Assembly: GCF_021869535.1 (NCBI RefSeq)
Contig: NW_026262669.1
Span: 4,650,001-4,714,000 of the forward strand
Origin: Mytilus californianus
Taxonomy: Eukaryota
DNA: 64,000 bases
Direction: 5' to 3'
How positions within the stretch are numbered: the stretch's first letter is position 1; each line of letters opens with the position of its first letter. Shown in pieces: positions 36,019-49,900 of this stretch. The position numbers and the translations under genes are program-made. The notes beneath the pieces were generated by a model, which saw only the letters and a list, made by a program, of their open reading frames with translations, had not been told where the DNA came from and searched no databases.

Positions 36019-37968
36019 TATTGATTGAGTGACTTGTATACTAAAACATAACTTATCACTTCCATTCAATCAAGCCAAGAAAACTTTGACGAAAATTGTC
36101 CTTGAACAATCAGAGTTGTAATTTTTTGAACTATCGACAAACAGAAATTGGCTGCACAGCGGATGTAACATTTGTTTTACACGCTCCAATTCAACATTAT
36201 CAAGCTGCACACCAAATATAAGATAATTCTCTTTCAACGAAGCCGCGAAAACTTTGACGAAAGTTTTCTATCAAAGGTCTTTCGGACGTACGAAAGGACG
36301 GAATGACGGACGGAGTCAAGCGGGTTACTGGACTTGTTTTCGATGTTGGCCAAAACAGGTAAAAACATTCTAGTCAAACCAGTTGCAAGGTTTATGTTAT
36401 TAAAAATAAAAAACACGCATTGAAATATAATCATAAAATTCTATAAAACAAGAAAATTAACATTCACAAAAATTATACATATTACAAAAATATTAAATGG
36501 AAATATAATACAATCTACGTAGTTACTAGTGTAATGGCAGAAACAACGAATTAATCATATATATGTCTGATGATTGAATTCACATTCAGAAATAAAGTGT
36601 AGGGTATAGACATATTGTGGTTAACTTGAACAATAACTTGAAGTACTAGAAAAACAATTGCTTAAATACTAATCCGACACGTTATAATGCTTTTCAATAC
36701 GTAAGGTTCTACACTAAAATTAATTGTAGGATACATAGAAAAGTAGAATCAATTCGAATGGTTTAGGTTATTTTTCGAACAACAGACACTAAAATGACAA
36801 TAATTCATTGTAGTTTTGTAACACTTGATTCTTATGAAGTGTAGCTAATTATTTCGAAATTGATATAATGCAAAGTCACTAGAGAAAATTGAATTACCAT
36901 CTGATATACGAAAATAACAAAGTATGAATGATTTGTGTGATCCATTTTAGTAAACTATTTGCAAAGTTTGTATTTTTATGTTGTCTGAATCGTAATTATT
37001 TCAACATAAAACTAACATACAAATAAAACAAGGAAACATTATATTGAAATTGTTTTCCATTACTGTTTTATCAGAAGAAAGTGTATAATATCATTTCACC
37101 AATATGTGGTTCATCCATCTGAAAAATATTAAAAAATGAAACGCATTGCAAGTTAAGACTTTGTTCATCATAAGTGTAAGTGAATGTTTGCTCACATCTT
37201 AGACGTTTTATTGTCCTCAACATTAACTTCCGTATATTTAGTTTGAAATATCTAACTAGTTTGATATCCTGAACAAATCCTTTAGGACTGTTATTGGTTT
37301 ATTTGTTTGATCTTGTATTTAGGTATTTGGTCACGATTTAACTCAATAAATAGTGTGGACTGGTGTTGCTTTCGATCAGTTTTATCGAACAGCAGTCATA
37401 CAAATCAAAGCTTCCGATGTGTTATCATTTCAACAAGAACGTCGTCTCCCCTTTGTAAAAGTGATATTATAGATCCTCTAATAAAAGTATATGCTAGTTC
37501 TGTATTTTGATAAATATATATATAGTCACTTTATTTGTTAAAATTATCTGTATATGATGATTATGTATCCGGTCTATAAGATTACCAATCTTTTCAAATG
37601 GAACCGATTTATGTCAGAGACGACAATACCACTTAACTAAATAAATTGTGTCCTTCATGCAAACATAAATTACGTTATCTCTTTACAAAAACAAGTTTAA
37701 AAGGTACTACCGCAGTAAAATGCCATTTTGTGCATATCCTTGTTGAACCGTTTTGTAATTAGATTTATTGTACTTTCAAATTTAAATTTTAAGTATGGAC
37801 ACATCAATTGAAAATGAACTGTTATACTACGTGTATAGCTATCAGTGATACAATTTTGTATAATCATTATATGTTCTTCTTTTAATGACTAATACACATA
37901 ACATACATCCGTGTCATCGAAGAAAAATATAAATCGTAAGCTTTATCTTCAATACTTACCCTCCACAG

Positions 37969-38044
37969 GTACAGCTACAATGAAAACATGTTATATCATC
38001 GTCGGACTTTTGTCAAACTTTATTTACCTATCGGACCTAACAGT
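37969..38044 (+). pseudogene. Candidate 76-nt exon, copy C (MKTCYIIVGLLSNFIYLSDLTV)
   Basis: ccacag acceptor, gtaagt donor. Confidence 0.4.
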
Positions 38045-38139
38045 GTAAGTTCTATAGTTTGAAATGGTTCACATATAGTCATTTTGGGATCTTTTAGCTT
38101 ACTTTATATACGATAATTGTATTTCTCACAATTGAAAAA

Positions 38140-38394
38140 CCCGTAATGTGACTTATTGTAACTACCATCAGTATAATTTACTCTATATTGCCCGTAATGT
38201 GACTTATTGTAACTACCATCAGTATAATTTACTCTATATTGCCCGTAATGTGACTTATTGTAACAATCATCAACATAATTTACTCTATATTGCCCGTTAT
38301 GTGCTTTATTGTAACAACCATCAACATAATGTACTCTATATTGCCCGTAATGTGACTTATTGTTACTACCATCAACATATTTAACTCTATATTG
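38140..38394. repeat. 51-bp tandem repeat, 5 copies, only in unit C
   Basis: cccgtaatgtgacttattgtaactaccatcagtataatttactctatattg at 38140, 38191, 38242, 38293, 38344; single copy in B (about 28907) and D (about 55361). Confidence 0.95.
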
Positions 38395-40961
38395 GGTAGC
38401 TGTCTCATTGGCTATTCTCTCACATTTTGTAATGTTTATCGTCTTTGCTAATAGATTAATGACTAAACACATAAGTTATCAAATTAAAATATTAAAGTTT
38501 ATTTGATTTTTTTATAAGCAAAGTAACAGTGTTATTTATGCATCTTTATAACAATTTTCAAACATTGCAACTATCACCTTTTTCCACTTTTATAAGAAGA
38601 CTGCCATTTGTCATATGATTCCTATGACAACAAATGCTCAAAGGTTTTAGTTTTATTTTTCGATTTGGTACTTGACAGTTACCGACTAAAGTCAAATAAT
38701 GCATATATTTGAAATAGTAAGGGTATGATATATATATATATTAAATAACACAAAGGACAACACATGTTTTGTTTTTTTGTTTTGTAATTCTAGAACTATG
38801 CTTTATAAACAGACGTCATACATTTATTTAATAATCGGAAACAACTTTGAATGGCGACAATTAATCAAATAACCAGGAACTCTGGTTAACAGCATAGTAT
38901 GTACATATCGGGAATTGATACATTGCTTAGACATACAGATATATAACATGAAAGGAATAACGAGAAAGAAGACACAAGATAAAAAAATATTGTTACAATT
39001 TAGACATATTGTCACCTTTTTTCAGAAATACGGACATACTAAACATATACGATATTTGGATAACTTGGAATATCGTTACGCAATTAGTTTATTCCGCTTA
39101 TTGCAACCTGCATAATTAAGTACTTTAATCAAGTTTCAAAGAATATCGTCATGTTATAAATTGCGATATAATTGTAATCTATACTTATCTGTTTGAAACT
39201 ATTCACTTACTCACTGCAAAAAAAAAATTAAATCAAGTAAATGATCATACAATACAGCATACCATCTAGCAATGAGTTATAGAAGCCACCGTAGTTTAAG
39301 TAGTAAAGTGATAGTAGGACTGACAGCTTTTTGTTGAATGTTATAGTCAGTAATCATGTCCAAAATTACATTTTATATTTGTAATATTTTATAATAACAA
39401 ACATATAATGTTTTCTGAAGCACTGGTCGAACTTCAGTCTTCTATTGCCTGTTTTGTCTTACTGTCATAACAAATAACAAATGCAACTGCAAAACATGTT
39501 TGTTCTTTTATCAATTAAAAAATATAAAACTTCCATACGTAAGTGATAAATAGTTAACAGTGCATATCAAAGGTTATAAAACTTTCAAACATTGTCCGTT
39601 TACAGATACATGTACAACATTATAAACCTGATCTCTTTAATAAGTTTCTATACTGTTTTATGGAATAATCTGTTACTACTGGCAATGTATTTGGACCTTT
39701 CCTTATTAAAATACATCATGTAATTATGAAAATCGCGAATTTAAATAACCGGGAAGTGGACTAAAAAGGCTAAAACGCGAAATAAATTATCCGCGAAAAT
39801 AAGTTGGTTTACAGTATATTTATCTGTATGGTACATAACACTTACGGTGCACTGAAAAATATATAAAAAGAAATACAAGTTTCAAATCTGAGGAATATTT
39901 TAAGACAATCACGATACAGCAAATACTTGTCTCAAAAACACCAGTGTATACATTTTACTGGATATGTTCAGCATATTGTTTTGAAGTGTTTTAGTTTTCT
40001 TTACTAGAAACTGTGTTTTCTTGAATGTGGTAGCTATTCAAAAGAAGTATAGATATAAAAAATGACAAACCAAGTGTTATATTATAAATTGATTGTGTTA
40101 TACTTGTCTGTTTGCTACTTGACACTTACTTGCTGAAAAATTCAAATAAATATTCATAGAATACAGCATACCATTTAGCAATGAAATATTACAGCGAAAA
40201 TGGAATTAATTGAATTTGTAGTAAAGTGATAGTAGAACATTTCGAGATGATAGCTGTCAGATTATTCAATAGTAAAGTCATTAGTCATGCCAAATATTGA
40301 AATGTGATATTTGTATGATTTCAAAGTGTCGCTTTATAAATTTAGAAATTATAAAGAAACTTAGGTTTTAACACCCTCAAGTAATGTTGACGTTAAGTTG
40401 ATATAATTATTTTCGTGTATGTTCTCTATGGTCATATACTTGAACTATGTTGATTATTATACGTTCTATGATTTAAACATTTCTGCTTTGAGCGTTTCCC
40501 GTTAAGGTAAATTTAGAAAACAGCACATGAAATCAATCCCGGTTGTTTTGTTTTTTGTATATTGTTGTTTGTCGTTTTGTCTGTTTAGGTTCATGCTATG
40601 ACGTTGTCAGTTTATGTTCGACTAATTAGTTTGAATGTCTGTTTGGTATTTCCACCTTTTTTGTAGACTGAACGCGCGTCTATCACACATCATTTTCATG
40701 GTATGTTTATTGTTTTACTTTACTACTCTACTAACACCATTATATAAATATCGTTTTATTATGAATTGCATAGATAATTGTATACGCTATACTTATCTGT
40801 TTGCTACTTCACACTTACAAGCTGAAAAATTCAAATAAATATTCATAGAATACAGCATACTATTAAGCAATGAATTATAGAAACGACAATGAAATTAATT
40901 GAAGAAGTAGTAAAGTGAACATGTTAATATGACAGTTTGTTCTTTCAGATTATTGAATTAG

Positions 40962-43900
40962 TATTGTCATTAATCATGCCAAATATTGAAATGTGATATT
41001 TGTATGATTTTAAAGTTTCGCTTAATAGATTTAAAAATCATTAAAACACTTAGGTTTCAACAAATACAAATAAAGTTAACTTTTGGTTGATTTAACCAGT
41101 TTTGTTTATATAAAAATAATGAGATGTGGTATGATTGCCAATGAGACAGCTATCCATCAAAGGTCAAATGAAGTGTATGTGAGCAATTGTAGGCAACCGT
41201 ACAGCCTTCAACAATGAGAAAAACCCATATGGTCGGCTATACATTGAACAATAGGAAACAATTCAATTGAGAAAACTAACTGCTAATTTATAACAAAACA
41301 ATTTACGAAAAACAAATATAACAGACATAAACCAACGACAACTACTGAACTACAGGTTCCCTATGGACACATACTTCAACTGTGTCGGTTATCATACATC
41401 CTCGGCTTAAAACATTTCTGGTTTGAACGCTTTCCATGAAATGTGATATATGTATGATTTCAAAGTTTGGCTTAATAGACTTAGAAATCATTAAAACACT
41501 TAGGTTTCAACATATAACATTAAAGTTAACCTTATGTTGATTTAACCAGTTGTGTTTATATAAAAACAAGGAGATGTGGTATGATTGCCAGTGAGACAGC
41601 TATCCACCAAAGTTCAAACGAAGTGAATGTAAGCAATTATAGGCAACCGTAGAGACTTCAACAATGAATAAACCCATATCGTATGAACAATAGGAAACAA
41701 TTCAATTGAGAAAACTAACTGCTAATTTATAACAAAACAATTTACGAAAAACAAATATAACAGACATAAACCAACGACAACTACTGAACTACAGGTTCTC
41801 TATGGTCACATAATTCAACTCTTTCGATTATCACAAATCCTTGGCTTTAAACATTCTGGTTTGAACGCTTTCCATTAAGGTAAATCATCACAAATTGTTG
41901 CTACATATACATCCCAGAAAAACTTTGAGTCTCCAAGAGTTAACATCACTGCTGCTTTACCTTTAGTTCCCATTTGCCTCCCTGCTTCGGCAACAACTAG
42001 ACTTTTAGTGCTGGCTCTACTTTGAGCTGCCTGTTATGAAAGGCTTTTCAGTGTGATTTATCATATTGGAAAGCAGTTCTTCTAGTCAGGGATTTGTTTG
42101 TGCTTTAATACTAAAAACAAAATTTTTGGCTGCATTTGTTACTTACTAAGAACATTCTATTTTTTATTTGCAAATAGAATTTTAAGAAAGAAATAGATAA
42201 ATTCCAGATTCAAAAAAATGTCTTCCATAGGTAATACTTCTAATCTTTACATTAAAATTTCCAAACAAATTGACAGCATCCTTATTTAAGTAGTACATAT
42301 TACGCTTTTAAATGCTGGAGGTCGAGAAAATTTTAGTAAATTTGTGGTAATGGTGTAAACAAAATTCCGTAAAATTGTGGGTTTTTTTTACATCTAATGT
42401 CTTCCTTAGGAGGGAGGGAGGAGGGGGGGGGGGGGGTGGATACTTGTTGGATTATTATCTCGATACTTCATCTATATTTCAGAGCATATACGGCCACCAC
42501 TATTTTTGATAGGGTTTATTTCAATCAGTTTTCCTGGGGGTCTTTTTTCGTCTTTTGTCTTTTACTTTTGTTCGTTCGTTCTTCTCTCAAAATTAACAAT
42601 TTATCATTTTTATGTAGTTTCATATAGTAGCGCTTGCGTATGGGGAACATACTGTACATTCAGAAATTACAAAATGATAAAATTCGCCAACATACTAACT
42701 GTCATTTTAACTTTAAAATAATATTTGTATGCAGAATCCCCTGAAATGCTCAATCAAATATTGATCATTAATCATGCCAAATATTGAAATGTGATATTTG
42801 TATGATTTTAAAGTTTCGCTTAATAGATTTAAAAATCATTAAAACACTTAGGTTTCAACAAATACAAATAAAGTTAACATTTGGTTGATTTAACCAGTTT
42901 TGTTTATATAAAAATAATGAGATGTGGTATGATTGCCAATGAGACAGCTATCCATCAAAGGTCAAATGAAGTGTATGTGAGCAATTATAGGCAACCGTAC
43001 AGCCTTCAACAATGAGAAAAACCCATATGGTCGGCTATACATTGAACAATAGGAAACAATTCAATTGAGAAAACTAACTGCTAATTTATAACAAAACAAT
43101 TTACGAAAAACAAATATAACAGACATAAACCAACGACAACTACTGAACTACAGGTTCCCTATGGTCACATACTTCAACTGTGTCGGTTATCATACATCCT
43201 CGGCTTAAAACATTTCTGGTTTGAACGCTTTCCATGAAATGTGATATATGTATGATTTCAAAGTTTGGCTTAATAGACTTAGAAATCATTAAAACACTTA
43301 GGTTTCAACACATAACATTAAAGTTAACCTTATGTTGATTTAACCAGTTGTGTTTATATAAAAACAAGGAGATTTGGTATGATTGCCAGTGAGACAGCTA
43401 TCCACCAAAGTTCAAACGAAGTGAATGTAAGCAATTATAGGCAACCGTAGAGACTTCAACAATGAATAAACCCATACCGTATGAACAATAGGAAAGAATT
43501 CAATTGAGAAAACTAACTGCTAATTTATAACAAAACAATTTACGAAAAACAAATATAACAGACATAAACCAACGACAACTACTGAACTACAGGTTCTCTA
43601 TGGTCACATAATTCAACTCTTTCGATTATCACAAATCCTTGGCTTTAAACATTCTGGTTTGAACGCTTTCCATTAAGGTAAATCATCACAAATTGTTGCT
43701 ACATATACATCCCAGAAAAACTTTGAGTCTCCAAGAGTTAACATCACTGCTGCTTTACCTTTAGTTCCCATTTGCCTCCCTGCTTCGGCAACAACTAGAC
43801 TTTTAGTGCTGGCTCTACTTTGAGCTGCCTGTTATGAAAGGCTTTTCAGTGTGATTTATCATATTGGAAAGCAGTTCTTCTAGTCAGGGATTTGTTTGTG

Positions 43901-46900
43901 CTTTAATACTAAAAACAAAATTTTTGGCTGCATTTGTTACTTACTAAGAACATTCTATTTTTTATTTGCAAATAGAATTTTAAGAAAGAAATAGATAAAT
44001 TCCAGATTCAAAAAAATGTCTTCCATAGGTAATACTTCTAATCTTTACATTAAAATTTCCAAACAAATTGACAGCATCCTTATTGAAGTAGTACATATTA
44101 CGCTTTTAAATGCTGGAGGTCGAGAAAATTTTAGTAAATTTGTGGTAATGGTGTAAACAAAATTCCGTAAAATTGTGGGTTTTTTTTACATCTAATGTCT
44201 TCCTTAGGAGGGAGGGAGGAGGGGGGGGGGGGGGTGGATACTTGTTGGATTATTATCTCGATACTTCATCTATATTTCAGAGCATATACGGCCACCACTA
44301 TTTTTGATAGGGTTTATTTCAATCAGTTTTCCTGGGGGTCTTTTTTCGTCTTTTGTCTTTTACTTTTGTTCGTTCGTTCTTCTCTCAAAATTAACAATTT
44401 ATCATTTTTATGTAGTTTCATATAGTAGCGCTTGCGTATGGGGAACATACTGTACATTCAGAAATTACAAAATGATAAAATTCGCCAACATACTAACTGT
44501 CATTTTAACTTTAAAATAATATTTGTATGCAGAATCCCCTGAAATGCTCAATCAAATATTGATCATTAATCATGCCAAATATTGAAATGTGATATTTGTA
44601 TGATTTTAAAGTTTCGCTTAATAGATTTAAAAATCATTAAAACACTTAGGTTTCAACAAATACAAATAAAGTTAACATTTGGTTGATTTAACCAGTTTTG
44701 TTTATATAAAAATAATGAGATGTGGTATGATTGCCAATGAGACAGCTATCCATCAAAGGTCAAATGAAGTGTATGTGAGCAATTATAGGCAACCGTACAG
44801 CCTTCAACAATGAGAAAAACCCATATGGTCGGCTATACATTGAACAATAGGAAACAATTCAATTGAGAAAACTAACTGCTAATTTATAACAAAACAATTT
44901 ACGAAAAACAAATATAACAGACATAAACCAACGACAACTACTGAACTACAGGTTCCCTATGGTCACATACTTCAACTGTGTCGGTTATCATACATCCTCG
45001 GCTTAAAACATTTCTGGTTTGAACGCTTTCCATGAAATGTGATATATGTATGATTTCAAAGTTTGGCTTAATAGACTTAGAAATCATTAAAACACTTAGG
45101 TTTCAACACATAACATTAAAGTTAACCTTATGTTGATTTAACCAGTTGTGTTTATATAAAAACAAGGAGATTTGGTATGATTGCCAGTGAGACAGCTATC
45201 CACCAAAGTTCAAACGAAGTGAATGTAAGCAATTATAGGCAACCGTAGAGACTTCAACAATGAATAAACCCATACCGTATGAACAATAGGAAACAATTCA
45301 ATTGAGAAAACTAACTGCTAATTTATAACAAAACAATTTACGAAAAACAAATATAACAGACATAAACCAACGACAACTACTGAACTACAGGTTCTCTATG
45401 GTCACATAATTCAACTCTTTCGATTATCACAAATCCTTGGCTTTAAACATTCTGGTTTGAACGCTTTCCATTAAGGTAAATCATCACAAATTGTTGCTAC
45501 ATATACATCCCAGAAAAACTTTGAGTCTCCAAGAGTTAACATCACTGCTGCTTTACCTTTAGTTCCCATTTGCCTCCCTGCTTCGGCAACAACTAGACGT
45601 TTAGTGCTGGCTCTACTTTGAGCTGCCTGTTATGAAAGGCTTTTCAGTGTGATTTATCATATTGGAAAGCAGTTCTTCTAGTCAGGGATTTGTTTGTGCT
45701 TTAATACTAAAAACAAAATGTTTGGCTGCATTTGTTACTTACTAAGAAAATTCTATTTTTTATTTGCAAATAGAATTTTAAGAAAGAAATAGATAAATTC
45801 CAGATTCAAAAAAATGTCTTCCATAGGTAATACTTCTAATCTTTACATTAAAATTTCCAAACAAATTGACAGCATCCTTATTTAAGTAGTACATATTACG
45901 CTTTTAAATGCTGGAGGTCGAGAAAATTTTAGTAAATTTGTGGTAATGGTGTAAACAAAATTCCGTAAAATTGTGGGTTTTTTTTACATCTAATGTCTTC
46001 CTTAGGAGGGAGGGAGGAGGAGGGGGGGGGGGTGGATACTTGTTGGATTATTATCTCGATACTTCATCTATATTTCAGAGTATATACGGCCACCACTATT
46101 TTTGATAGGGTTTATTTCAATCAGTTTTCCTGGGGATCTTTTTTCGTCTTTTGTCTTTTACTTTTGTTCGTTCGTTCTTCTCTCAAAATTAACAATTTAT
46201 CATTTTTATGTAGTTTCATATAGTAGCGCTTGCGTATGGGGAACATACTGTACATTCAGAAATTACAAAATGATAAAATTCGCCAACATACTAACTGTCA
46301 TTTTAACTTTAAAATAATATTTGTATGCAGAATCCCCTGAAATGCTCAATCAAATATTGATCATTAATCATGCCAAATATTGAAATGTGATATTTGTATG
46401 ATTTTAAAGTTTCGCTTAATAGATTTAAAAATCATTAAAACACTTAGGTTTCAACAAATACAAATAAAGTTAACATTTGGTTGATTTAACCAGTTTTGTT
46501 TATATAAAAATAATGAGATGTGGTATGATTGCCAATGAGACAGCTATCCATCAAAGGTCAAATGAAGTGTATGTGAGCAATTATAGGCAACCGTACAGCC
46601 TTCAACAATGAGAAAAACCCATATGGTCGGCTATACATTGAACAATAGGAAACAATTCAATTGAGAAAACTAACTGCTAATTTATAACAAAACAATTTAC
46701 GAAAAACAAATATAACAGACATAAACCAACGACAACTACTGAACTACAGGTTCCCTATGGTCACATACTTCAACTGTGTCGGTTATCATACATCCTCGGC
46801 TTAAAACATTTCTGGTTTGAACGCTTTCCATGAAATGTGATATATGTATGATTTCAAAGTTTGGCTTAATAGACTTAGAAATCATTAAAACACTTAGGTT

Positions 46901-49900
46901 TCAACACATAACATTAAAGTTAACCTTATGTTGATTTAACCAGTTGTGTTTATATAAAAACAAGGAGATTTGGTATGATTGCCAGTGAGACAGCTATCCA
47001 CCAAAGTTCAAACGAAGTGAATGTAAGCAATTATAGGCAACCGTAGAGACTTCAACAATGAATAAACCCATACCGTATGAACAATAGGAAACAATTCAAT
47101 TGAGAAAACTAACTGCTAATTTATAACAAAACAATTTACGAAAAACAAATATAACAGACATAAACCAACGACAACTACTGAACTACAGGTTCTCTATGGT
47201 CACATAATTCAACTCTTTCGATTATCACAAATCCTTGGCTTTAAACATTCTGGTTTGAACGCTTTCCATTAAGGTAAATCATCACAAATTGTTGCTACAT
47301 ATACATCCCAGAAAAACTTTGAGTCTCCAAGAGTTAACATCACTGCTGCTTTACCTTTAGTTCCCATTTGTCTCCCTGCTTCGGCAACAACTAGACGTTT
47401 AGTGCTGGCTCTACTTTGAGCTGCCTGTTATGAAAGGCTTTTCAGTGTGATTTATCATATTGGAAAGCAGTTCTTCTAGTCAGGGATTTGTTTGTGCTTT
47501 AATACTAAAAACAAAATGTTTGGCTGCATTTGTTACTTACTAAGAAAATTCTATTTTTTATTTGCAAATAGAATTTTAAGAAAGAAATAGATAAATTCCA
47601 GATTCAAAAAAATGTCTTCCATAGGTAATACTTCTAATCTTTACATTAAAATTTCAAAACAAATTGACAGCATCCTTATTTAAGTAGTACATATTACGCT
47701 TTTAAATGCTGGAGGTCGAAAAAATTTTAGTAAATTTGTGGTAATGGTGTAAACAAAATTCCGTAAAATTGTGGTTTTTATACATCTAATGTCTTCAACA
47801 TTTATAGAGGGAGGAGGGGGGGGGGGGTGGATACTTGTTGGATTATTATCTCGATACTTCATCTATATTTCAGAGCATATACGGCCACCACTATTTTTGA
47901 TAGGGTTTATTTCAATCAGTTTTCCTGGGGATCTTTTTTCGTCTTTTGTCTTTTACTTTTGTTCGTTCGTTCTTCTCTCAAAATTAACAATTTATCATTT
48001 TTATGTAGTTTCATATAGTAGCGCTTGCGTATGGGGAACATACTGTACATTCAGAAATTACAAAATGATAAAATTCGTCAACATACTAACTGTCATTTTA
48101 ACTTTAAAATAATATTTGTATGCAGAATCCCCTGAAATGCTCAATCAAATATTGATCATTAATCATGCCAAATATTGAAATGTGATATTTGTATGATTTT
48201 AAAGTTTCGCTTAATAGATTTAAAAATCATTAAAACACTTAGATTTCAACAAATACAAATAAAGTTAACATTTGGTTGATTTAACCAGTTTTGTTTATAT
48301 AAAAATAATGAGATGTGGTATGATTGCCAATGAGACAGCTATCCATCAAAGGTCAAATGAAGTGTATGTGAGCAATTATAGGCAACCGTACAGCCTTCAA
48401 CAATGAGAAAAACCCATATGGTCGGCTATACATTGAACAATAGGAAACAATTCAATTGAGAAAACTAACTGCTAATTTATAACAAAACAATTTACGAAAA
48501 ACAAATATAACAGACATAAACCAACGACAACTACTGAACTACAGGTTCCCTATGGTCACATACTTCAACTGTGTCGGTTATCATACATCCTCGGCTTAAA
48601 ACATTTCTGGTTTGAACGCTTTCCATGAAATGTGATATATGTATGATTTCAAAGTTTGGCTTAATAGACTTAGAAATCATTAAAACACTTAGGTTTCAAC
48701 ACATAACATTAAAGTTAACCTTATGTTGATTTAACCAGTTGTGTTTATATAAAAACAAGGAGATTTGGTATGATTGCCAGTGAGACAGCTATCCACCAAA
48801 GTTCAAACGAAGTGAATGTAAGCAATTATAGGCAACCGTAGAGACTTCAACAATGAATAAACCCATACCGTATGAACAATAGGAAACAATTCAATTGAGA
48901 AAACTAACTGCTAATTTATAACAAAACAATTTACGAAAAACAAATATAACAGACATAAACCAACGACAACTACTGAACTACAGGTTCTCTATGGTCACAT
49001 AATTCAACTCTTTCGATTATCACAAATCCTTGGCTTTAAACATTCTGGTTTGAACGCTTTCCATTAAGGTAAATCATCACAAATTGTTGCTACATATACA
49101 TCCCAGAAAAACTTTGAGTCTCCAAGAGTTAACATCACTGCTGCTTTACCTTTAGTTCCCATTTGCCTCCCTGCTTCGGCAACAACTAGACGTTTAGTGC
49201 TGGCTCTACTTTGAGCTGCCTGTTATGAAAGGCTTTTCAGTGTGATTTATCATATTGGAAAGCAGTTCTTCTAGTCAGGGATTTGTTTGTGCTTTAATAC
49301 TAAAAACAAAATGTTTGGCTGCATTTGTTACTTACTAAGAAAATTCTATTTTTTATTTGCAAATAGAATTTTAAGAAAGAAATAGATAAATTCCAGATTC
49401 AAAAAAATGTCTTCCATAGGTAATACTTCTAATCTTTACATTAAAATTTCCAAACAAATTGACAGCATCCTTATTTAAGTAGTACATATTACGCTTTTAA
49501 ATGCTGGAGGTCGAAAAAATTTTAGTAAATTTGTGGTAATGGTGTAAACAAAATTCCGTAAAATTGTGGGTTTTTTTTACATCTAATGTCTTCCTTAGGA
49601 GGGAGGGAGGAGGGGGGGGGGGGGGTGGATACTTGTTGGATTATTATCTCGATACTTCATCTATATTTCAGAGCATATACGGCCACCACTATTTTTGATA
49701 GGGTTTATTTCAATCAGTTTTCCTGGGGATCTTTTTTCGTCTTTTGTCTTTTACTTTTGTTCGTTCGTTCTTCTCTCAAAATTAACAATTTATCATTTTT
49801 ATGTAGTTTCATATAGTAGCGCTTGCGTATGGGGAACATACTGTACATTCAGAAATTACAAAATGATAAAATTCGTCAACATACTAACTGTCATTTTAAC

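Larger units (their letters stand above)
34410..42580 (+). repeat. Large paralogous unit C (about 8.2 kb)
   Basis: Colinear with B and D at the same anchors. Confidence 0.85.

Noticed and set aside
38104-38472. 122-aa repeat-protein ORF (QYRV... repeats) as a real gene
   Set aside because: Openness follows from a 51-bp (multiple of 3) tandem unit derived from a decayed repeat; absent from paralogs B and D.
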